Shown piece by piece: positions 29,501 to 40,875 of a DNA stretch of 64,000 bases. The notes beneath the pieces were generated by a model. The model was given only the letters and a program-made list of their open reading frames with translations. It did not search any database and was not told the origin of the DNA. Every line of letters begins with the position of its first letter. Within the stretch, counting starts at the first letter, position 1. The stretch is from Octopus vulgaris. Lineage: Eukaryota. The stretch spans positions 14,570,001-14,634,000 of the forward strand of contig OX597839.1 in NCBI GenBank assembly GCA_951406725.2. Direction: 5' to 3'. Both the position numbers and the translations under genes were made by a program.

Positions 29501-32500
29501 GCCAACCACTCCGAGAGTGTAGTGGGTGCTTTTATGTGCCACCAGCACGAGGGCCAGTCATGCGGTACTGGCAACGGCCACACTCAAATGGTATTTTTAC
29601 ATGCCACCTGCATAGAAGCCAGTCCAGCGGCACTGGCAACAACCTCACTTGAATATTGTTTTTAACGTGCCACCGGCACAAGTGCCAGTAAGGTGACATT
29701 GGTAACGATCACGCTCGAATGGTGCATTTTATGTGCCACCAGCACGGGAGCCAGTCAGTGGCCCTGACAACAATCACACTCGGATGGTGCTCTTAGCGCT
29801 TCACTAGCACACATGCACACGTACACGCATACAGCACAACTGGTAACATGTAATCCAGTACAACCTGCTACATGGTCAGGCCACTGGCAATTAAACTGAC
29901 ACACTCACTAGGCAAGCCTGGCAAGGAGGTTTGCTAGTAATCCAGCAGGACAAAAAGAATACTTAGAAATTCCAAACTGCTGTCTGCATGTTGTAGAGCA
30001 CATAGTATAAGACACATTATAGCTTTCATTAAAGTCACGTCTTTAATTGAAGGTTGCTATGATATGAAACTGAGTGACATTTCAGAGACAAATAACTTGC
30101 TTTCGTTTGTCTCCAGATTGTTTGGTTTTGGTAATGAGTTGATGTAGCATTCTGCAAACTGTTCTTAAAAGATAAATAGTAATGTTTGAAAGGTATTCTT
30201 GCATGGATATTACTGAAGTAGCAGAAGCCAGGGGAGAGGATTTCAACCTTTTGGACTAGTTATTCACTCATCAACATTTTTCTGATAAAATCAATTACTA
30301 TACAGAGCAGTATAAATGTGGGTATGGATGTATGTAATTAAGTATGTGTACATGTGTGTATGTGCGTGTATATATATATATATATATATATATCATCATC
30401 GTTTAACATCTGCTTTCCACGCTGGCATGGGTTGGATGGTTTGACTGAGGACTGGCAAACCAGTCATGTGGAATATAGTTTCTAATCACCAGTAATATTC
30501 ATTTGAGTGAAGACAACCCACAAGGTGAGTGTGTTAAACCACAAGGCACCAAAAGAGAATGACTCTCCCCAGACACAACAGAATATGCTTCAACACACGA
30601 ACTCATATAAAGAATCTTGCAAACGAAATTACTTTTGGATTGTTTTATTTTTCCTACACCAGGTGCAAAAATAAGAAATAAGTGAAAATTTTACCAGTGA
30701 TTGTGCTAAATAATAAGGCACTAAAAGAGAATGACTCTCCCCAGACACAACAGAATATGCCTCAACACACAAACTCATATAAAGAATCTTGCAAACCAAA
30801 TCCAAAAACGAAAAGTAATATTCATATTCTTTGAATAAGTGGACAACCATCATATAATGTATGTATGTATGTGTGTGTGTGTGTGTTTTATTGTTACTGT
30901 TATTTACCATGTCTCCTCTGAATTTTGGTGGGAGTGAAAAATACAAGCTTTCTCTTTCTCGTTGAACAGAATCAAATGAATCAAATGTGATTTCCTTTTT
31001 TCGTGCACTGACACTAAAACCATCCACAACATTGCGAGACATGGCACGATTGGTTAAAACAATACCATGAGAATCTTGACGATCAAATGATGGTTTTAAC
31101 TGTGAAAAAACAAAAGCAGAAAGAAAAACAGAGTAAATATGAATTTTAGGGATAAAATTAAAGAATAAAAAAAAAAAAAAAGAAACAAAGATTGAATATA
31201 AACTAAGTAGTTTAGAATTTATGGGTTGCTGAGCTCATGGGTTTCTGTGTTCTGTAACTAGTCAACTGTTGGAGTGTGTGTGTGAGTGTGTGTGTGTGTG
31301 TCTGTGTGTGTGTGTCTCTGTGTGTGTGTGTGTGTGTGTATATTTATGTATGTATATATGTATGTCATTTCCAGATTGGAGTTTAGAGTTAAATTTGACA
31401 GGTCACCTGCTCAGGAGCAAAGTTATAAAGAAAAGGGTCACATTCTCTTTGTTGTCCCTTGTACAGTCTTATCATCATCATCATCGTTTAATGTCCGTTT
31501 TCCGTGCTAGCATGGGTTGGACGGACACTTTCTTTAAATCAGAAATCTCTCTTCAGTTATGTTTCTCATATCCTTGTTGAATGGTTTTCACATGTATAAT
31601 GCTAACTATTGCAATAATATAGATGATGAATGTAAGAATGTGTGTATAAATGCCTGTAAGGATGCAGTGAGTGTGGTGAATAAACAACAGTCAAATTCGT
31701 CACAGTTCAAGTCAAAATAACAAAGTTCGGTGTTTGCTCACCTCCATTCGGTAGAAGTTAGAGCTGGAACACTTGTTGGTAATGCCCATACAGTAGCAGG
31801 ACAAACATCCTTGTGGGTTGTCTTCACTCAAATAGAAGTAGTTTGGTTTACAAGCATTACACTTTGTCCTCTGTACAAATGCCTAGAAGTTAACAGAAAA
31901 AAGACAGTTGTTAATTTAGTCAATGCCTGGAATATGGAAATGCTGCAGCATGAAGTGACAAGTTTTAATAATACATCAACACTTTAAATGAGAGTAGGTA
32001 CTTTGCAACTCCAATTTCGGTAGCAACACATCATATGTTATACACAGCACGAGCTGAACTAACAGTTATCTGTTCATCTTCCTTTAGTATCATCATCATC
32101 ATTTAACGTCTGTCGTCCATGCTGGCATGGGTTGGATGGTTTGACCAGGGCTGCACCAGACTCTAGTCTGATTTAGCATGGTTTTCTATGGCTGGATACC
32201 CTCCTAACACCAACCACCCAAGTTTCATGGGTGCTTTTACATGCCACCAACATGGGTGCCATTTGCATGACACCGATATGTATACACACACACAGAGGCA
32301 GACAGATTATATACACAAGTACATAACAGTAGATATTTAAGTCCCAGTGACCCAAATCCAAAACCTGAGTTTGTTTTGTTTCCCAGTTGTAATCGTTTCA
32401 CTTCCTTTATGCCATTAATAATAATAATGGTTTCAAATTTTGGCACAAGGACAGAAACTTCGGGAGAAGGGGTAAGTTGCATCAACCCCAGAACTCAACT

Positions 32501-35500
32501 AGAACTTATTTTATTGGCCCCAAAAAGAATGGAAGGGAAAATTGACTTCAGTGACTGCTAAGCATTTTGTCTGCTAACAACTCAGCCTGGTTGTTGCCTT
32601 AATAATAATAATCCTTTCCACTAAAGGCACAAGGCTTGAAATTTTTTGGGAGAAGACTAAGTACTTACATTAACTCCAGTGTGAACCTGGTGCTTATTTT
32701 AGCAACCCCCAAAAGACAAAAGGCAAAGTCAACCTTGGTGGAATTTGAATTCAGAACATCAAAGCAGATGAAATGTTGCTAAGCATTTTGCCTGGCTTGC
32801 TAACAATTCTGCCAGTTCACCACCTTAATAAGGATAATAACAACAACTGCAGTTTCTAAATTAGGAAAAGGTTTGTTATAGGTTGTTCCTTCTCGAGCCA
32901 CACCTGGCTCATAAGGGCCAGTTTCCCGGTTTCCTTGGCGTATAGGTTCCCCAACTGGACGGGACGCCAGTCCGTCGTAGGTGAGCTGCAAGATGCAGGA
33001 GGAAAGAGTGAGAGAAAGTTGTGGCGAAAGAGTCAACAGAAGTTCGCCATTACCTTCAGCTGGAGCCACGTGGAGCTTAGGTGTTTTCGCTCATAAACAT
33101 ACACATCTCCCGGTCTGAGATTCAAAACCGTGATCCCTTGACCATGAGTCTGCTGCTCTAACCACTAGGCCATGTGCCTCCACAAAAGGTTTGTTCAATA
33201 TCATTGACCCCAATACTTGACTGGTACTTTATTTTCTTGACCCAAAAGGGAAGAAAAGCAAAGCTGGCTGTGGCAAGACTTGAACTCAGTATGTAAAGAG
33301 CTGTAACAAATTCTAATAATGATTGAATTTAAAGTCAGGAAGCTGTAGACAAACCCCTTAATTTGCACTACAGATTTTATGATTAAATGTTTAATTTATG
33401 ATAATAATAGGATATCGACATACCTTACATCTACATTGTTTAGTATTGGCATCGCATTGTGTGTTCTGTACAGTTCCACGTGGATCACACATACAGCTGG
33501 TGGTATCTGTGGAGATAATAAAAATAAACACATGTATATATATAAACATACAAACATACTCAACTATGGACATTTTTTTCATCCACAAGTAAGGTATAAA
33601 TAGTTAAGTTCATGCTAAGATATTTACCCCTTTAGTATTCAGGTTACTCTGTCAAATGTAGGAGCACTCCATCGGTTGTAACGATGAGGGTCCCAGCTGA
33701 TACGATCAACTGAACAGCTTGCTCATGAAATTAACGTGTAAGTGGCTGAGCATTCCACAAACATGTGTACCCTTAACGTAGTTCTCGGGGAGATTCAGCG
33801 TGACACGGAGTGTGACAAGGCTGACCCTTTGAAATACAGGTACTGCTCATTTTTGCCAGCTGAGTGGACTGCAGCAACATGAAATAAAGTGTCGTGTTCA
33901 AGAACACAATGCGTCTCCAGGAATTGAACTCACAACCTTACAATCATGAGCTGAATGCCTCTGACCACTAAGCTACGTGCCTGTCAAATGTAATGCTTAT
34001 ATATTAACATTGTTTTAATTTAATCATGCATTATCTTGTAGCTTTGAGATTTTAATGATGTGATTATATGTATTCAGAATGACGTTGTTGTGTAGGTGTA
34101 AGAGGCTGGATCTGGTTGCTTAGAATATAAAAGAGATAGAATATTTGGGCTGGATATGGTTGGTTTAAATGCTAGGGAGCTAAAGCATGAAAAATCAAAA
34201 TGGCTTACTAGAAATATATAGTGAAGATGTCCATACTTGAAGAACTGAATGAGATTTATTGAGGCAGTATTCTACAGTCAGATGTCCTTCCTATTGCCAA
34301 TTTTTATTTGTTTTTCAAATAAAGTATTTTGTTATTTCACTGGCCTTTACAAGTTGAAACTACCAAGGTTTGGGACATAGTGTTTATAATAAATGTAAAC
34401 AAACATCACCATTGCTCAAAAGATCTCAATGGAAAAACACATTCAATGAAATTCTGTACAGTTTTTATCTAATTTTACAGATAAATCATTGGTTAGCTTA
34501 AGGCTATAGTAGAAAACCCTTGTCCAAAGTACCATGCAGTGAAATGGAACCTGAAACCAAGTGGTTGTAAAGCAGACTTCACAACCAGAGAGCTATTCTG
34601 TTGTTATAACAAATAACTAATTTTATCTCCCAAACATGTTTTAGCTTTATTCTGACCTCATACTTGTTGAATTAATAACAAAGGAATCATTAACAGAGAG
34701 AGAGAGAGAGAACTGTACACTTATGTCAGAAAGTAAATGTTTCAGAGAAACCATCTGCTTGAAAAACAGTAGATGCATTAGTCTTAATTATTTATTGCAT
34801 AATTATAAAGTCTAATTGTTAACTTAAATTAATATACCATATGGTACATTAATTAATTCTGTGTGTAAATACGCTTTTATTTATCATTGCTTTAACATAA
34901 TTACATGTTTTTGGAGCTGGTTAGTCTCATACTAACTTCCAACTTGGAACTCTACATAGTTAGAGGTCTGCTAAGTCAAGGCTGCCAACAAGAAAGTGTG
35001 CAAATAGAACAATGTAGAAGCCTTGATGTGGCCACTTGGCTTGCTAGAAATAATAATCAAATCTCTCTCATATCACACTCTACTGTCTTAAAAAAATAAA
35101 GTGTAAACTGGTTGATACAATATTAGGTATACTATATCTGAAAATGAAATGGGATGGTCAAAGTTGGAAAGTATTTGATCATAAGTCTACATGCTCAAGA
35201 GTGATCATATGGGTAGACAACAATAATAGGTTCAAATTTTGGCACAAGGCCAGCAATTTTGGGAGTAGGGGCTAAGTCGATTACATTGACCCTAGTGCTC
35301 AATTAGTAGTTATCATAAATAACAATAATAAAAGAATTAATTTTTCAGAAACTTCGTACTTACTGCGTGTTTTACAGAAATCTCCAGGAGCCATGGGGTT
35401 GCCCTCATAGCCAGGCAGACATCTGAAAGAGAGAGTAACAGGAAGTTTGAAAATTTATCTACAAAGGACAAAATACTCAGCTGCTTCGAAATAGGAGAAA

Positions 35501-38500
35501 TCCTGGTTGATAATAATGCAATGCTTATTCATTTGACTCACCTTTCACATCGGCGTCCTGCATGACCAGGAGGACAGGCTGTGCAGGTAACTTGACCGTC
35601 TCTGTCCAAAATACACGTTGGACTGAACCTATAGGAAAGAGGAAAGGAAAGTGGTTCATATTACATTGTGGTAGACAAGTGGAAGCCATAAGATATTGAA
35701 ACACATCACAATGTACTTATCACATGTCATACAGTACTATTGCACTGTATGAGCACAGTATAATGCTATATAGTACATTAGCCATTCTTTAGCACAATCA
35801 TACAACAGCAAGGCGGCGAGCTGGCAGAACCGTTAACACACTGGGCGAAATGCGTAGCCGTATTTTGTCTGCCGTTACATTCTGAGTTCAAATTCCGCCG
35901 AGGTCGACTTTGCCTTTCATCCTTTCGGGGTCGATAAATTAAGTACCAGTTACGCACTGGGGTCAATGTAATTGACTTAATCCATTTGTCTGTCCTTGTT
36001 TGTCCCTTCTATGTTTAGCCCCTTGTGGGCAATAAAGAAACACATTATATCACATCATCCGGTATTACATCATACAGTACTGTACAACAGTACAACATAT
36101 ACTATTAGTTTACCATACCACTAATACTTAACACCACACTACAGCACATCATACCACACTGTAACATATACTCATACTAAAACTCATCATAAAATACTAT
36201 CTCAATATATAGCCAACTATAACGCACTATACCACTCTATGATGTACAATAGTATATCACTCTGTACAGTAGAAGGAAGCTTCTTCAAAGTTGTATGACC
36301 TGCTAGAAATAGCATCCAAATATCTCACATAAAAGAGAGAGAGACTTTGGATAGTGTAGTCTGTCTTATTCTGTATCTGAATAAAAGACTGGATGGTCAT
36401 AGTTGGAATGCTTCTGATCACAGGTTTATTTAATCAGGGCTGACCTGGGCTAAGCAATAGCAACATCTACAAGATCCAAGATCATAGAATTCAAGCCAAC
36501 AAAACAACCTGTAAATGGTTGATTGCTTTGCCAGAAATAGCAGCTAAATTTTTCTCAATTCACACCCTGCCTCTTTTTAAAAAAAAGAAGTAAGATCACA
36601 TTAAATAATGCAGTTTAAAAAAGGTGAGACGGTCACAGTTGGAATGACTCTTTCATTTGTCACATCCTATCTCATACTACTGATTATTTTACACTACCTC
36701 TCTCTCATTTCCATAGTTTAAATTTATTAAATCCATCTATCAACTCTCCTATGAACTAATCATTTCTGACATTAGAGACTGTCACCAGCTTCAATGAATT
36801 CTGGATTTCACAGACAAAATGCCCTTCATCATGGATCTGCCAAGTCAGAGCTAACCAGTTTGCTGGACATTGTTGTAGAGCTGAAAAAGAGGTAATTTCT
36901 ACTCTTCTCCTTTGGAAGCCATCTACTCGCAATAGCAGAGGGCGCACACTCTCCTACCCTGAAGTAATCTCCAGGGATACAGGCATCCAGCAACAGGACC
37001 TCTGTAATGCCATGATGGACCGTGAAGTCTGGCATAGCATAGTAAATTCCATTGTCTTGACCACGGTCGAACAATGATGATGATGTTAAGCAATGACAAC
37101 CACCAGTTAATCAATCAAACAGGGAAGTTTCTACAAAGTCATTCGACCTACTAGAAATACCAACCAAATCTCATGCAAATCATAATCTGCTATCTTAAAT
37201 AAAGAAGGATGCATTGAACAAGTTGTCCTTGGTAGTAACGATGGGATGATCATAGATGGAATACCTTTAATTGTGAGTCTGCTGGATCAACTACCTTGTG
37301 TTATTACAATTATGATAACAGCAAAGGAGGAATGAAACTCAGAATTACACAATAAGATCATGGCCAGTCATAGAGTAATATAAGAGAACATAATTCAAGA
37401 TAAAACTTACTGGTTTGGTCGGTCGGTCAAAGGACAAGGACATTTCTGGCAATCATTGATGGATCCCTTGCTTGCATTTCCATAATAACCTGGAGCACAG
37501 CGGTCACAGTGATCTCCTTCTGTGTTATGTTTGCAGTTCTACAAAGAAAATTCCAGATGATACAGATTATTTTATTTCACATTTTTAACCATTTTCCAGT
37601 CTAAAATTACTGGTACAACACATCAAGATTATATAACAAAATAACTGTATAAGCATGAAGATAAGGTAGTGTTGAAATATTGTAACTGGTCATTGTATCA
37701 CTACATCAACCGGACTATCAGATGTTGTTATGCACCACCGGTCACAATGTGTTAGCTTTATGACTGAATGAAATGGAGCAACATGAAATGAAGTGTTTTG
37801 CTCAAGAACACAATGCACTATTGGTCTGGGAAATGAAACCACAGTCATGCAATTGTGAGTGCAACATCCCAACCATGAAGCTATGTGTCTTTATTAGTAT
37901 ATTGACTAATATATATATATATATATATATCTATACAATATGTTACATTACTCGGTAGTCAAGATAAAACTCTGAGTTTCAGATGCCGAAGTGGAAATCC
38001 ACAACACCATCTCTTCGGTTATCTAGCCAGATAACCGAAGAGATGGTGTTGTGGATTTCCACTTCGGCATCTGAAACTCAGAGTTTTATCTTGACTACCG
38101 AGTAATGTAACATATTGTATAGATAAATTTCCTCTATTTACATAATATTGAGGTCTCTTTCTTTCTTTTGTTATCTTACCGTTTTATCAATATATATATA
38201 TATATATATATATATATCTAAAAATTCAATGACTGAATATCATACAAACTGCTCTTTTCACAAAAGACAATTTCTATAAAACAAAATGACTAGTTTCCTT
38301 TTATGTCTAAATATGGAGAGTAATTTTTAATTGCATATACATGAAATGCAGTGTGACATGTATTCTACATCTAGCTAGATATAGACAGCTGAGATATATA
38401 AATGTATAAACATACGAGGGGCGTTCAATAAGTAATGCCCCTGACCCACTTGCAGTTGTTTGATCTAGCTGAAATTTTGCATGTGCACTTATTTATACCT

Positions 38501-40801
38501 CTATAGATTAAGTGGCGAATTACAGCTCTGAACTAATTGTGGTTTCTGATTTACAGGTGTTTGAACTGAGTCAAGTGTGAAATGGAGCCTGTTGAGTGTC
38601 GAGCAGTGATCTGGTTTTTGTATTTGAAAGGACGCACACCACGGGAGACTTTTGATGAAATGAAAGTAACTTATGGTGATGATGCCCCATCATATGACCT
38701 TGTAAAACGCTGGCATTGTGAATTCAAACATAGTCGGAACTCTGTGGAAACAGCTCCCAGATCTGGTCGCCCCCTTCTGCCGTTGATGAGACGTCTGTCC
38801 GTCAAGTTGAGGCTGTCATTTTGGAAGGTCAACGCATAACTATTCGCCAAATAGCCCATACGGACAAGATTAGTACCGGGTCTGTGGAAACTATCATTCA
38901 TGACCATTTGCATATGCAAAAGGTGTCTGCCAGATGGATTCCCAGGTTGCTCACACCTTTCCAGAAGCAAGAACGCGTTGAGTGCTCGAGGATGAATTTG
39001 GAGATGTGCCAAGAAGATGAGTCAAAATTTTTCAAAAGACTGATCACACAGGATAAAACCTGGGTCCATCACTATGATCCATAGACCAAAGCCCAGTCAA
39101 TGCAGTGAAAGCACCGTGACTCACCTCCTCCAAAGAAGGCAAGGGTGCAGCCCTCCGCTGACAAGGTTATGCTCACAGTCTTCCGGGACCAGGACGGAGT
39201 AGTGATGACAGATTTCCTGGCAAAGGGTACCACAATTACAGGAGCCTATTATGCTTCACTTTTGAGGAAATTAAGAGAAGCTATCAAAATCAAGAGGCGG
39301 GGCAAGATCAGCAAAGGCATCCTCCTCCTGCAGGACAATGCTCTGGTCCACAACTCGCGTGTCACCAGATCAGAAGCACAGGCGTGCAGCTATGAACTCC
39401 TCCCCTTGCACCCTCTGATTTTAACCTCTTCCCAGCCATGAAGTTGATTTTGAAAGGAAAGCGTTTCCCAGATGATGCAGCCTTGATTTCTGAAGTCACG
39501 TCGTGGTTGGAGGACCAAGCTGGGGGTCTTCTACAAAAACGGTCTCCGGAGCTGTATCAAACGATGGGAGAAATGCATAACTCTGGGTAGTTCCTATGTA
39601 GGAAAAGACTAATAACTGTGCCAAGTGTCGTTGCTCTACTGCTATGGGAAGTGGGTCAGGGGCATTACTTATTGAACGCCCCTCGTATATGAGCACAAAG
39701 AGGGATAAATGTGTGTGTGTGTGTGAGTACAGATAATGGTGTTGCTTCCAACATTTCCCTGAAGCTGTCAGGCTGTGAAAATAAAGTCAACCACCTTTCT
39801 TCTTAAAGCCACACTGTGCTTTCACTGCGATTGAATCAGTAATACCGCTGATGAGTATCTAAAGTACCACCTTGACCAGGTCCTTACAAGAAATATCCTC
39901 TTCAACAGCTGTGAAATTCGATGTCTTCTTTAGTTGTCACATTAAGACTAAGCAGCACCTCCACATGAACTACTTCCAGTGCATTCTAAGAATTATCTGG
40001 TATGCATGTACGTTTCACACTAAAATACTGACTAAGACCAACTGCAAAACTGTTATGACCACATAATGGTTTCCATGTTGGCTCCCTTGGAAAGTTCAAT
40101 AGGTGAATTTAATGCCTGATGTTTACAAGTGTTAACAAACAATGCTGCCACTTCACCAATCTGTACGGACTGGCTCAGTTATGACTAAAGCTCTTAAAAA
40201 GAAGACCAAGTGATTTGTTTGACCAAATAGAACTAGAAGTCAAATCTCTCCCAAATTACATCCATTGTCTTAAAAGAAAACACAGGAAAGACATCAAATA
40301 AATTAGACCCTAATCCTAACTTGTCTCTAAAATGACTTGATCAAAGGTCTGCTTGATCAGAGTTGAACTGGGACTAAAGAACAACTACAAAACAACCCTA
40401 CCCAACAATGGTTACATATAATGTCGCAAGAAAAAACATCTTCCTGTTAAATTTAACAGGAAGGCATTAAAAGTAAATTCATGTCAATTAATTTGAGTGG
40501 GAGCTTGTCAAGTGTCTTAATTTAAGAAAAACAAAAAGCTTCTGAATTCTTACCCTGCATGCACCTGTGACTGGATCGCACTCGGAAGAGTGACCATTGC
40601 AGCGACATTCTTCACACAGTCCAAGGTAAAGACCTTGTACAGTTCGCATGTAGCCAACATCACAAGACTATTGAAAGAGAAAAAAAGAACAGTAAGTACA
40701 ACAACAAAAAACAATGATAATAAAAATTTCATACAAGTCCAGAATGAGCTTTTTTGGGGGTTTTTTTTGTGATAGATTATATAGCTGACTGCTTCAATCC
40801 C

Positions 40802-40875
<74 letters not shown>

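Noticed and set aside
39848-39880. CTGATGAG motif as a hammerhead core
   Set aside because: No downstream GAAA or closing helices
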